Below, in pieces: positions 15,357-29,872 of a stretch of DNA of 64,000 bases (position 1 is the stretch's first letter; each line of letters starts with the position of its first letter). The position numbers were made by a program, and so were the translations under genes. The notes beneath the pieces were generated by a model. It saw only the letters and a program-made list of their open reading frames with translations, was not told the origin of the DNA and made no database searches. The stretch lies in assembly GCA_951406725.2 (NCBI GenBank), contig OX597827.1, positions 9,920,001 through 9,984,000 of the forward strand, read 5' to 3'. This DNA is from Octopus vulgaris (taxonomy: Eukaryota).

Positions 15357-15560
15357 AGGTAGAATCATTAGCACACCAGACAAAATACTTAGAGGTATTT
15401 CACCTGTCGCTACATTCTGAGTTCAAATTTCGCCAAGGTTGACCTTGCCTTTCATCCTTTCAGGGTCGATAAATTAAGTACTAGTTGAGTCCTGGGGTTG
15501 ATGTAATCGACTTTCCTCTCCCCCAAATTTCAGACCTTGTTTCTATAGTAGAAGGGATTA
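15357..15560 (+). mobile_element. SINE family A (A2 tail)
   Basis: Core GACCTTGCCTTTCATCCTTTCAGGGTCGATAAATTAAGTAC and tail CCCCAAATTTCAGACCTTG..TAGTAGAAGGGATTATT. Confidence 0.82.
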
Positions 15561-16123
15561 TTTTATATATATTTTCCATGCTGATATGGTTTGGGCAGGC
15601 ATTATTGCCCAAATCAAGTTATTTGGAATTATCGCTCACAGTGATCGGTTGAAGAACTATTTCTACATTGCATCTTGGCATGGTTTCTGCAGATGGACCA
15701 CTTTACTGAGGGCACTGAGTGCATTCTATTGTGATACCAGCACTAGGGAGGTTGCTTTTCTATTTACAAGCCTAAAGAGTAATCTTTATTCTATGTTGTC
15801 ACAGTTTATTTTAAGCAAATGTGATTAAGAGGGTGAATATATGAGAGTTTGAATATAAGTGTGATGGGAAAAACAAAGCAATAAGAATGAGAGAGTGTTA
15901 AGAAAGATAGTAACGAAAGAGACACAGTAGTAAGTAGCTACATTGTGGGAGGAGGCCTGAGTGTGAAGGGAGGAATAAGGTTTAGGGCAGGAAGACAGAG
16001 TTATGAAAGGAAGGAAATAAAACTGAGGGTGAGTGATGTGTATCAAAAAGTATAGAGTGATCTATGTCTATAAAAGTAATGGGAAGGGAGTAATGTGAAA
16101 AAGAGAGGGAGAAAAAATCTTAA

Positions 16124-16333
16124 CCCTTTCGTTACCAACCCAACCCTGGCTCTGTGGTAAAATATCTTGTTTTCATAAGTTTTGAATTAAAATCTTCCAC
16201 CAAACCTTAGTCACAATTTATGTTCCTAACACTAGCTGAATGATAACAAAGTTATTTTACTAAATTCTTTGTTATATTTAAAATGATTGAAAGAAACACA
16301 GAGCATCTCAAAATAAATACAATAATGAAAGGG
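16124..16333 (+). mobile_element. piggyBac-type MITE, copy 1
   Basis: TTAA at 16120-16123 and 16334-16337; TIRs CCCTTTCGTTA/TAATGAAAGGG; two more copies in the window. Confidence 0.88.
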
Positions 16334-16541
16334 TTAAAGGTTGATTGTATGAGTGATTGGGTGATGGATACTAACAGAGATGGGGGATTCTAAGAAAGCA
16401 TGGTGGATGTCAATGTAGGATGATATGGAAGAGAGTGATAATCCTGGTTAGCAGTATAGGAAGGTGTGCATAAGGGGCATTGGATATGGATAATTCTGAT
16501 GCCATTCAAGTAAAACGAGAGAATTAAACCTGGCCAAATAC

Positions 16542-16545
<4 letters not shown>

Positions 16546-16604
<59 letters not shown>

Positions 16605-16856
16605 TAATAATAATAATAATCATAATAATGAAATTATTGTATACAGTGCTCAGGTGCACCACAACTTGTCAAAAGTGCATATAAATTATATGCAGTAATG
16701 TACAAATGTCTGGAAAGCGAACAGTGTATGAGTCAGATACATGCTTGCGTGTGTATGGAGGGGAGAAAATCAGGTGTAGTGTTGGTGAATCTCAGGAAGC
16801 ATGGAAGTTTTGAAGGATGCAGTGCTCCGACAACTAACAACTGATGCCCGCAGTTT
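16546..16856 (-). mobile_element. CR1/L2-type LINE 3' end with (TTA)n tail
   Basis: Minus-strand peptide KLRASVVSCRSTASFKTSML.. resembles the CR1 ORF2 C-terminus (WNxLPxxVV..S..FK). It is followed by a short UTR and a trinucleotide tail. Confidence 0.65.
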
Positions 16857-16955
16857 GGTAATCTTCATTACACAGTGAATGGGGGAGAGGATGTGTGAGA
16901 GATAAGAGATTAGTGAAGAGAGCAGTAGGTGGGGACTTAGTAAGAATACAATATA

Positions 16956-17717
16956 CTGTGTTTGCCAGCCTATAAAATGCACCCCTATTTTACAAGAATA
17001 ATATCAGAAAAAAAAACCATACAAATTTAATGTTTCACCATGCACCTTTTGGAAGATATCTTTAAATGTTTTTGTCAGAGAAAAATGTATCATTCTGTGC
17101 CTTTAAATACAACACCATGACAGTATACATAAGTTTATCAGAAATAAACTATGTTAAGCAAGCACTGCATTTCAACTTATATTTTGGTTAAGAGAAAAGT
17201 GATTGAATTTCTGGCAATAGTATTTTGTGTTACGGTGATCATCCACCAAAATGGCACACCATCATTGTGGTTCTGTTGTCATCCATTCTTTGCAAATAAC
17301 AGATGGATGAAGATTTAACATGTCTTTCATCTTTTAATGAGAATTTTTCATATAGATAATTAAAAAAGGATTCGTAATGGTAACACAGATATTAAATTAT
17401 GCAAGGCTCATACCAGGTATGTGCTATGTATGCTAAGCAAGGAGTTGCAATGAGATGGTGTAATCTTTCCACATCACAGCTGATGTACTGTAAGTAATTG
17501 TTCATAAGTTAGTACTAACAGACAGTCATAATTTGTCTTGTTTGCAAGATTTTATTATTAGTAACAATTATAGTCATATGAAAACTTATGTTTATCAATA
17601 ACCCTAATCTATAGCAAACTGTCTCCCATCTCTGATATGACCAAATTAGATGCAGGGGAATGTTTTGATACATTTAAAAATAATTTTAAAAAGTTCATTA
17701 TACACTAGTAATTATGG
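16956..17717. mobile_element. Old pogo-family deletion derivative
   Basis: TA-flanked degenerate TIRs CTGTGTTTGCCAGCCTATAAAATGCAC and GTTCATTATACACTAGTAATTATGG, which resemble pogo-type CCGTATTT..CGTATAAGACGCAC ends. Confidence 0.45.
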
Positions 17718-18186
17718 TAACTCAAGGTTAGTTATTTAATACCTTCCAACCTCTTCATGATCAACGTCTTTTTAATGACCATTTTTCGGTGCTTGCATTA
17801 TGTATTAAAAGTTTTAATGAGGAAATATTAGCAGCAATGAGTTTGTAGTAAAAAATGAACTTGGAGAAACCAAGCTACCCTTAGTATGTTCTCTGCTGCT
17901 TAGAGACACTGAATTAGACCTGCTCAAATTCACACAAGGAAAATCATGACCAGGTATTGGTACTCCCTGGTTGGTCACAGGTTCTTTATGTCACTCACAT
18001 TTTTCTCCGGTGTTTGATTCATTCACCAGCTTACAAAGATCAAAAATCTTGCCTTTACTACATTTCCAGTAGATGATACTGTTTAATGTTAGTTGTACCC
18101 TGAATAGTTGAATTATGCTTGCAACTGTGAGCTTGCTGCCTGACATATCATAATATTCTCACCTTGGTTCTAAACTAGTTTTTGTA

Positions 18187-18575
18187 GTGGAGGCGCAATG
18201 GCCCAGTGGTTAGGGCAGCGGACTCGCAGTCACAGGATCGCGGTTTCGATTCCCAGACCGGGCGTTGTGAGCGTTTATGGAGCGAAAACACCTAAAAGCT
18301 CCACGAGGCTCCGGCAGGGGATGGCGGTGATCCCTGCTGTACTCTTTCACCACAACTTTCTCTCACTCTTACTTCCTGTTTCTGTTGTACCTGTATTTCA
18401 AAGGGCTGGCCTTGTCACTCTTTGTGTCACGCTGAATATCCCCGAGAACTACGTTAAGGGTACACGTGTCCGTGGAGTGCTCAGCCACTTACATGTTAAT
18501 TTCATGAGCAGGCTGTTCCGTTGATTCGGATCAACCAGAACCCTCATCGTCGTAACCGACGGAGTGCTTCCACAC
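18187..18575 (+). mobile_element. SINE family D, full length, CpG-rich, with target-site duplication
   Basis: tRNA-like head GGCGCAATGGCCCAGTGGTTAGGGCAGCGG..GGTTTCGATTCCC. TSD aaactagttttt at 18172-18183 and 18576-18587. Confidence 0.9.
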
Positions 18576-18980
18576 AAACTAGTTTTTAGAATAAATGGTA
18601 TCTATTTACATTTATGTGGAATGGGGCTTTGAAAGTTAAATATCTTTACATTGCAGTAGTGTGTTATAAACCAACAATCATTTAGCTAACAAGTTTACAG
18701 CATTCAATCAATATGGTTCTCAGCAATTTTCAGCTGCAAAGTACAGAAGACTGAATACTAAGCAATAACTAAAAGTTTTAATTGTAAAATTCACAGAATA
18801 ATGATTAAAGCTCTGCTAAATTGTGTAGAAAATGAACTAAACTATGTAATTACACATGCACACACACACATACACAAACACAAACACATACACATATACA
18901 AACACAAACACACACATGCAAACATATTCTCATACAGAATACACACACACACAAACACACATACATATACAAACACACAA

Positions 18981-19012
<32 letters not shown>

Positions 19013-19477
19013 GCACACATACGTGCACACGTGTGCACTGATACATAATTTGTTATTTAAAAGGAAGAAGAAGAAGAAAAACACACAAAAACTTCTGAGA
19101 TTACTGTTGATTAAAATATAGTGATGTAATCTATTCACAACCACCACCACCACCACCACCCCTCCACTCCCACTGACATCTTCTCCACCGCAATTGCGGG
19201 TTTGGGTGGGAAAAATATAAAATAACAACTTTCATTGTATAGCTTTGTTTATTAAATAATTCCTTTGATGTAGCAAACTTAAAAAGATAATTATAAAATG
19301 ATGGCTGCACTGCGTTCCCAAACACAAGACGTTTAGTAAAATTTATGATTCGCGAAATTAGTGTTAATTAGCTTAAATATTTTAATGGAAATTGTGGAAG
19401 GTCAATGTTATCAAAAAATGTTACCTTAAAATATATAGTCATTTATTCACTAATTTTCATTTATCTTTATTGTTTTA

Positions 19478-19501
19478 TTATCATTATTATTATTATTGTT
19501 G

Positions 19502-19544
<43 letters not shown>

Positions 19545-19552
19545 TATTATTA

Positions 19553-19598
<46 letters not shown>

Positions 19599-19632
19599 CA
19601 TTATCATCATCATTATCATTATTATTATTATT
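19478..19632. repeat. (ATT)n microsatellite
   Basis: Directly visible. Confidence 0.95.
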
Positions 19633-20159
19633 TTGAGATTTTGGTTGAATATTCCAGCAAAAGTGCTGAACCAGACATGATTTTTTTTTTTTTGTATTTA
19701 TAGAGATTCTAGTTCTCGGTTTACCGTTCTTCAAGTATGAAGTTATATCATTCATCAGAAAAGTTTAATGCAATAAAAACCGCAAAGTGAAAACTAGTAA
19801 AAAAAGATACAAGGAATAACAGTGGAGTGGGTGGATAATAAACATATAAAAATATTTAACATTGGGTTGATTCAGCGAAAGGTAATCAAAATGTTTACTA
19901 ATGATTGGAATCATATATATACAGAGAGAGCGAAAGAGACAGAGAAAGAGAGATAACATGTGGGGAGAGGGAGTAAGAGAAGGAGGAGGGAAAGGGAGAA
20001 AGAGAGAAAGACAGATAAAACGATGTGGTTTTGATGTGCCTGAGTATAAGGTTGGGAAGGAGTTAGGTTGTCTGCCGCAAAATAAGGTCAAAAAGGCCTT
20101 AAAACGATGTTCTCAAATTGGATCAAAAGCATTTGTAAGGTTGTCATATATGAATCATT

Positions 20160-20372
20160 GAGGATACCTCTATGTGGTCGTTTGACATACCAAAAGTAGC
20201 AGGTATTAATTTTCTTGAAGTCATGGTCGTATTGAAATAAAGAAGACCACATTTGGTATGGCAGTTATAGATACACAAAGCCTACAGGAAAAATAAATAA
20301 GAGGGTCATGGTAGGGAAGCTTTTGAGCATAGGTGGACTAATCATGGCTGATTTGGGGATACACGACAACAG
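20160..20372 (+). mobile_element. Ancient interspersed repeat (family E); related copies near 12478-12635, 38762-38965, 50555-50700, 52335-52385 and 60950-61045
   Basis: Shared degenerate motifs (T)GCTAGAAATAGCAGC, GGTCATGGYTGGAATG and GGGGCTAAACAACAAC. Confidence 0.55.
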
Positions 20373-21362
20373 CTGTTCGCATACAAATGTGCATAAGTTC
20401 ATTTGCAAAATGTGTGTGTTTGTGTGCTAATGTATCCATTTAAATATGTATGTATATGCAAGTGTGGGCATGACGTGTCTGAGCAAGGCCCTAGATATAC
20501 AAAAAGGTAAGGAATTATAAGTCTTTTCAGGGCTGATGAGTGGGGCTAAACAGTGAGAACAACATTTTCTGCTCATCTTTTGAACTGCAAATTTTCTTTG
20601 ATGGAATCTTCTTCAGCACCACCAAGATATACCAATACTCATATCAAGGAATCGGTCTTCCACTTCACGACTCTCAAAAGTAAACAATGTAATCCTCATA
20701 GTTACTATGAGGGTTTGTCTCTCAACCACTAAATATTGTTGATGGTTTTTTATCAGGATTTCTGAGGTGGAGAACTACCGCTTTGGTTACTCTCTTCTAT
20801 TTGCAACCAGAGCCACCAGAAATACTTTCTCAGAATATGAGCCAATGTAAGAGTCTCTAAGTGGTTTATTTATGAGTTAGAAATGGCACCACAATTTGTC
20901 TCAAGTTCACACCATCTTCCTAAAAGGTCATATGGAAATAATGCAGTTTGGAATATGCTATAATGGAAACAAAAATGATGGAATGGTCATTGTTAAAATG
21001 CCTTTCAATTAGGAACTACCTAGGATTAAACAAGGAGAAAATTTCTGAGTATGATTTCCATATAGATATCAAATTGAAGCAGTGGAAGCTAAACATTGAC
21101 CACTCACACAACCTCCACAATGTGGAAGGACCTCCAAGGGTTATAGGAACCCCCCACTTTTCTACTGTAAAAGGTTTTGGAGAGATGAAATGCGAAGTAT
21201 ATATTATCACATAATTCTTTGGATGTGATATAGAGCATTAGAGTGACATCAGTATATGAATGGTATTTTGTTCATAATACCATTCCAGCCTTAGGTGGTT
21301 GACAGGCACATTTAATTTTGGCAGGATTTGAACTAAAAAATAGAAAGCTAAAACTAATTATC

Positions 21363-21690
21363 AAAGCCTTGAGAGTGAATTTGGTAGATGGAAACTGAAA
21401 GAAATCTGTCATATATATATGAGTGTATGTTTTAGGGTCTGTGTATGTTTTAGGGTCTGTGTATGTTTTAGGGTCTGTGCTTGTCCCCCACCACTGCTTG
21501 ACAACCGGTGTTGGTGTTCCTGTAACTTAGCAGTTCAGCAAAAGAGACTGACTGAATAAGTGCCAGGCTTTATAAAAAAAATAATATGTACAGGGGTCAA
21601 CAAATTTGATTAAAAATTCTTCAAGGCAGTGCCCCAGCATGGCCACACCCTAATGAGTGAAACAAGTAAAAAATAAAAGATAAAGATAAA
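21363..21690 (+). mobile_element. SINE family B lacking its head
   Basis: GAATTTGGTAGATGGAAACTGAAAGAA..TTGACAACCGGTGTTGGTG..CCCAGCATGGCC..GAAACAAGTAAAA. Confidence 0.82.
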
Positions 21691-22084
21691 GGAAGAGGGT
21701 TGCAACAAATTTTCAAAGATTTGAAGAATTAAAGAATTAAAGAGCACAAGAATTAAAGAATTAGAAAACTATAAGATATATTTAGTCCACTGTTCAGTCT
21801 ACCATTTCTGTCACTTCAGAACACTAGTTGTAACAAAATAATGATTTCTTAATTAACTGCAAAGCCTCATATCTAAAGGAGATACATAAATATAAAGAAG
21901 ACTGAGTGATATTCATGCCTTTCTCAACAAAGCTATTTGTAATATAACATAATAAATGAAATGATGTGAATCTGGTGTGAAGAATTGGTTTGCCAGAAGG
22001 AAGTTTACTTACCGTCTTTCTAGTCTATACCGCACTCAAAGAGTAATGAAATTACTCTTTGGAAATATTCTGATAGATTAGAAA

Positions 22085-24570
<2,486 letters not shown>

Positions 24571-25404
24571 CAAATGATTGGGTAGGCAATGTTAGAAAAG
24601 ACAGAAAAAGTAATACCAAATGAGATAGAATGATATATATATAGTGATAGATAAACAAGTAGATAAGCCGTAGAGAAAGACAGATTATAAGGATAGCATT
24701 TGTGTATGGGTGCATGTGTTTTCATATGTGTGTGAGTATGTGCACAAACATATGTGTATGTGCGTATGTGCATTGTCTGTGCTCAGGTTGATTTCTTTGT
24801 GTGTAATTCATAAGTTCTTATAATGGAGTGTAACAGCAGCAGAATGGAACAAACACAGCCTACCTTTTCAGGATTTTAGCTTGACATAATAATAGATTCT
24901 CACCAATTCTCTTCCATTCTTACAAATGGTCTTTGCACTTGTAGATAGTTACCATGTGAGCATAAGGCAAGGAATGGCTCATTAGCTACGACGAAATGGG
25001 ATTGTCTAGAAGTATTTGAACAAATTCCACTCTAATGTTAGCATGGAAATAAAACACGAGGGAAAAATTTGATTAAATGAGAAAATGGTTGACTGGATAC
25101 ATTATTAAACTAATATCACCAGAGCTCATAAGTTCGCATCTTATAGCAACTATTTTGTTGTGTCTCTGGGCAACACGCTGAGTTCTGCATGACTCATTCC
25201 TTTAACCATTGAACAGAACTTACTAGTTTCCCAAGGAAATTCATCTATTATACTTTAGCTTCTGATATAGAAGGAAATTTGTCTCTCATCTAATGCTGCA
25301 GAGACTGAGGATTAGCTCTGACTTTATGGAACTTTATCTGAGAAGAAGAAGGGAATAAATGGCTGAATTGGAAAAAGTATTGACAAAACAGCTCAAGAAT
25401 TGGT

Positions 25405-26075
25405 GGTTCAAATGCATTTTTTATTGCACATAACAATACGATGCAAAGATGGTTCGCTTTTATGCCGTGACAGCAAAGAAAGAACAGTAAATATCAAGAC
25501 AACATGTCATTAGAAGCTTGTTCAGTTCGTGTGGCACCCACTTGTCCAGCTTCTTTACCTTGCCAATCTGTTTCAGATGGTCCAATACTGTTGAAATAGA
25601 AACATCAAACCTTGCTGATAACTCACACATAGTTTGAGATGTATCCACTTCCACGACAGTTTCCAGCTCATCATTATCCACCTTGATCTCAGGTCTACCA
25701 CGGGGCTGATTTTCAAGAGTAAAGTCACCAGACTGGAACCACTCAAACCATCGATGTACAGTGAGCTCCTTTACCACATCTTCACCAAACACCTCATTGA
25801 TGTTTTGAGCTGTCTGGGGATGCATCGGTTCCACGGCGTAACTCATATTCATAAATGACACTAATTTTTTATCTATCCATGGATTCATAAAAATTGATTT
25901 ACAAGAGAAAACACAATGTAATCAGACACCATGAATGGCATTTTCAAAAGTGATGATATAACTGCTTCAATGTTATAAAACAAAGAATTATCAGGATGAA
26001 ACATTAGAGTTATCGACTGTCAAACTTGCTTTATAAGAAAATTGGACATTCCATTCTTAATGAGAAATATTCTAT
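25405..26075 (-). mobile_element. Mariner transposase fragment (N-terminal HTH to the first catalytic motif), pseudogene
   Basis: ORF 25460-25888: TAQNINEVFGEDVV..TVHRWFEWFQSGDFTLENQPRGRP..STVLDHLKQIGKVKKLDKWVPHEL. A frameshifted continuation LLSRHKSEPSLHRIVMCNKK corresponds to the ..RIVTCDEKW motif. Confidence 0.93.
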
Positions 26076-26109
26076 ATGAGAGATATTGGTATCCAGAAGA
26101 CCCAAGGCG

Positions 26110-26325
26110 GAAGGTAAGAGAGTCCAGTTTGCTGGACATTGTTGTAGAGCTGAAAAAGAGGTAATTTCTACTCTTCTCCTCTGGAAGCCATCTACTCGCG
26201 GTACCAGAGGGCGCACACTCTCCTACGCTGATGTAATCTCCAGGGATACAGGCATCCAGCAACAGGACCTCTGTAATGCTATGATGGACCGTGAAGTCTG
26301 GCGTAGCATGGTAAATTCCATTGTC
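26110..26325 (+). mobile_element. RTE-clade LINE ORF C-terminal fragment
   Basis: Peptide KRVQFAGHCCR..LLLWKP..RGRTLSYADVISRDTG..AMMDREVWRSMV matches the RTE C-terminal pattern (R.RFAGH..R, GRP..W.D, DR..WR). Confidence 0.85.
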
Positions 26326-26397
26326 CTGAAATTTTCACACAGCCTCAGCTTTGTTGTCTCTTTTTATTTAACACACACATACACACATGCACATGCT

Positions 26398-26433
<36 letters not shown>

Positions 26434-26454
26434 TATATATATACATATATATAT

Positions 26455-26760
26455 ACTAGCAGTATCGCCCCGCGTTGCTCAGGTTTGTAAGGTAAATAAC
26501 TATATAAGCATTTTTAGAGAGTTACTTTCCTTATATAAACCAAGCAAAAAATGCATTAAAAAAACGAAAAAATTATGGTAAATTTTTTTTAAATTGTAGA
26601 CTCATCGTAGATGCGCACTGATACCCAGAAGGGCTTGATATGAATCACGACTATAAGATACCCGCTTTTGGTTAAACTGCACCGCAAAATGTGGGAGTAG
26701 TTAGGAATCTAAATCGGAGGAGACAGACTCTCACACAACTTCAGTTTTATATATATATAA
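26455..26760 (-). mobile_element. Non-autonomous Helitron
   Basis: The minus-strand 3' end reads CCTGAGCAACGCGGGGCGATACTGCTAG|T (hairpin plus CTAG). The opposite end is TATATATAAAACTGAAGTTGTG. Confidence 0.72.
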
Positions 26761-27301
26761 TAGTAGTAGTCTATACTATAATGGAGAAAGCTGCTTATTA
26801 GTTAGCTATATAACAATTACTAAAAGTACTAAAAGAAAGCAATTATTAAAGGGTTGACCGTCTGGAAATATTTTTATAAATTCATGTTCTAAGAAATTTC
26901 TCATAATTTCAATTTATCAAGTTTATTTAAATTTTTTAACTCACAAATTTCTCACAAATTTAAATATTCATTGCATTCACTGTGTATGATTCTTCACAGA
27001 TTTAAATATTCATTGCATTCACTGCGGAGTATTCCATTTTCATTTGCAAAGTCTCTCACTTTCTCTTTTAAGATTCCATTCACTATTTAGAAAACCAATA
27101 GTTTATTCTATTAATGTATACATAATGTAGAAACACTATTTATTGAGTGAAAATTTTTAAAAATAATTTTTGAATGCAGGATAGCTGTGAGAAGACTCTC
27201 AAAAGTTGGGTAATTACTACTAGAAGATGAGGATAAGAAAACAGTTACCAACAAGTACTCCAAAATTGCACCTTAGTTATGGTTTCCAAACATTCTATAC
27301 C

Positions 27302-27532
27302 TATTTCTTTACTGCCCACAAGGGGCTACACACAGAGAGGACAAACAAGGACAGACAAACGGATTAAGTCGATTATATCGACCCCAGTGTGTAACTGGTA
27401 CTTAATTTATCGACCCCGAAAGGATGAAAGGCAAAGTCGACCTTGGCGGAACTTGAACTCAGAACGTAACGGCAGACGAAATATGGCTACGCATTTCGCC
27501 CGGCGTGCTAACGTTACTGCCAGCTCGCTGCC
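27302..27532 (-). mobile_element. SINE family A (A1), full length, 18-bp TSD
   Basis: ttccaaacattctatacc at 27284-27301 and 27533-27550. Confidence 0.93.
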
Positions 27533-27800
27533 TTCCAAACATTCTATACCACTAAACCAATGTATACACAAACAAGTTGCATGAGCAACTTCATCAGTGA
27601 TACCCGCACACACACACCAATACACACTTGTGCACACACATAGAGACACATACATACAAATGAAAGGCAATGAATGTGTGTGTGTGTGTGTGCTCATTGA
27701 CATAACTTCGTGCTGCATCACTTTTGTGAAGTTTTGTCAGTGAACAGGACGTGGCTTCAAAGCGACAAAAATATTTTGACACAAATGAAATTTTAATGTT

Positions 27801-27929
27801 CTTTTCTACTCTAAGCACAAGGCCTGAAATTTTGGGGGAGGAGCTAGGTTATTAGATCGACCCCAGTACACAACTGGTACTTAATTTGTCGACCCTGAAA
27901 GGATGAAAGGCAAAGTCGACCTTGGCGGG
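27801..27929 (-). mobile_element. SINE family A (A2), 5'-truncated, 15-bp TSD
   Basis: tgaaattttaatgtt at 27786-27800 and 27930-27944. Confidence 0.9.
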
Positions 27930-28269
27930 TGAAATTTTAATGTTGAAGTGAAACTGGTGATACTTTAATACAGAGGTCTCTTAATGATACTGCTTAAATA
28001 CTGGTGTAATGTACAAAACATTTGAAATGTACGCTGTGTGAACGTGTAATGACACCATAGCCTTAACTAACTCTAAAATACTAATCCTGCCCTTCATATT
28101 GTTACGTCAATGCATCGAGACGTCTGTATTTAGGCAGTGTCATGAAACTAACACTGCAAAACTTACAGATGGGCAGCTGAACTGAAATCTCTATGTTGCT
28201 ATGAGGGGAAAGTAAAACTTGAGAAACTGCTTCTCCCTCTGTTGTTGGACTACTGTGATGTTTGTTTAA

Positions 28270-28479
28270 CCCTTTCGTTACTGTATTTATTTTGAGATGC
28301 TCTGTGTTTCTTTCATTTACTTTAAATATAACAAAGTATTTAGGAAAATAACTTGGTTATCATTCAGCTAGTGTTAGGAACATTAAATGTGACTGGTAGA
28401 TTTTAATTCAAAACTTATGGAAACAAGACATTTATACTCAGAGCCAAAGCCGGTTTCAGCCGGGTTGGTAACGAAAGGG
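28270..28479 (-). mobile_element. piggyBac-type MITE, copy 2
   Basis: TTAA-CCCTTTCGTTAC ... GTAACGAAAGGG-TTAA; reverse complement of 16124-16333. Confidence 0.9.
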
Positions 28480-28744
28480 TTAAAAAAGATTATGACTGTG
28501 ATAAAATAATGAAAGCAATATTTACTAAGCAAGTGAGCACTACTATACAAAGAAATATTTAGATGTAAAATATAAAAATTTTTAGAATTGGGAATCACAT
28601 GTGAAAATGTTATCAAGAGGCTAGCAGCAAACCACCCAGAGGGCAATCTTTCTGCTAGTAATAATAATTGATGAAGGAAATGGAAGATAGATTTGGTAGT
28701 AGTCTTTATTTAGTATGATGATTGTTTCAGTCACTCTTCTTTAT

Positions 28745-28855
28745 GGGTGGGATGTTGTGCATCCAATTGCACTGCATTGATCAATGCAGCCGGAGTCACA
28801 TCAAGTACATGAATACATAAAGTGGTGTCCTACTAAATATATTGAGTTCTCATAT
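28745..28855 (+). mobile_element. Possible Tc1 3'-end remnant
   Basis: tgcactgcattgatcaatgcagccggagtcacatcaagtac resembles, with a frameshift, the Tc1 terminal peptide RCxAVIxAxGGHTKY. A TIR-like GGTGTCCTA follows. Confidence 0.3.
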
Positions 28856-28878
28856 ATATACATATACATATACATATA

Positions 28879-29648
28879 TCATCATCATCATCATCATCAT
28901 CATTTAGCGTCCGTTTTCCATGCTAGCATGGGTTGGACGGTTCTACTGGGGTCTGTGAAGCCAAAAGGCTTCATCAGGCCCAGTCAAATCTGGCAGTGTT
29001 TCTACGGCTGGATGCCCTTCCTAACGCCAACCACTCCGTGAGTGTAGTGGGTGCTTTTTACATGCCACCCGCACTGGTGCCAGACAGAGCTGGCAAACGG
29101 CCACGAACGGATGGTGCTTTTTATGTGCCACCGGCACGAGGGCCAGGCGAGGCTGACAACGGACACGAAACGGGGCGGTGCTGGCAACGGTCGCGAAATG
29201 GAAAGTTCTTTTACATGCCACCGGCACTGGTAACACATCTGCAATTTCCATTGATCGATTTCCATTGATCGATTTCGATTCTGATCCTCACTTGCCTCAA
29301 CGGGTCTTCACAAGCAGAGTTTTGACATGCCACCGGCACTGGTAGCACATCCGCAATTTCCATTGATCGATTTCGATTCTGATCCTCACTTGCCTCAACA
29401 CGTCTTCACAAGTAGAGTTTTGTGTCCCAAGAAGGGAAGGTATGCATACGTAGGCCGGCTCCATCCCATGTAGAAGGCCACGGGTTATGGACTCACTTGT
29501 CCTGCCGGGTCTTCTCGCGCACAGCACACTTCCAGAGGTCTCGGTCTCTAGTCATTTCCTCAGTGAGACCTAAAGTTCGAAGGTCGTGCTTCACCACCTC
29601 GTCCCAGGTTTTCCTGGGTTTGCCTCTTCCACAGGTTCCCTCAACCGC
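28879..29648 (-). mobile_element. RTE LINE 3' end: ORF tail, long 3' UTR and (GAT)n tail
   Basis: Peptide VEGTCGRGKPRKTWDEVVKHDLRTLGLTEEMTRDRDLWK. UTR motif GGCGTTAGGAAGGGCATCCAGCCGTAGAAAC. Ends CCATGCTAGCATGGAAAACGGACGCTAAATGATGATG. Confidence 0.9.
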
Positions 29649-29657
29649 TATATATAT

Positions 29658-29872
29658 ATCTGAAATAGCTGTAAGAAGTGATTTTAATAATTTCAATAAT
29701 TTATATTATGATTTTTATAATTTGTATTCTTATCTTATATGTATTGAATTATAAGATATATATGTAAGCTATTAAGGTTCTCATTTTGTTAAATGAATAA
29801 ATAATTCAACATTTTAATATCCGAAAGTTGACGAACAAACTAAATTTGTTTCTCTATTTTCTTATTTGTATT
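29658..29872 (+). mobile_element. (TA)n-embedded Penelope-like terminal fragment with the 3' half of a hammerhead
   Basis: Begins CTGAAATAGCTGTAAGA (compare GGAAACAGCTGTAAGA at 37865); bounded by TA runs. Confidence 0.4.

Noticed and set aside
18187-18262. tRNA gene
   Set aside because: There is no closed acceptor stem. The sequence continues into a SINE body with a TSD, as do the other tRNA-like heads.
21423-21478. Interstitial telomeric TTAGGG repeats
   Set aside because: These are three copies of an 18-bp unit inside the SINE B variable tract, not a (TTAGGG)n array.
25460-25888. SETMAR-like host gene
   Set aside because: Only the transposase part is present, it is frameshifted and truncated, and there is no SET domain.
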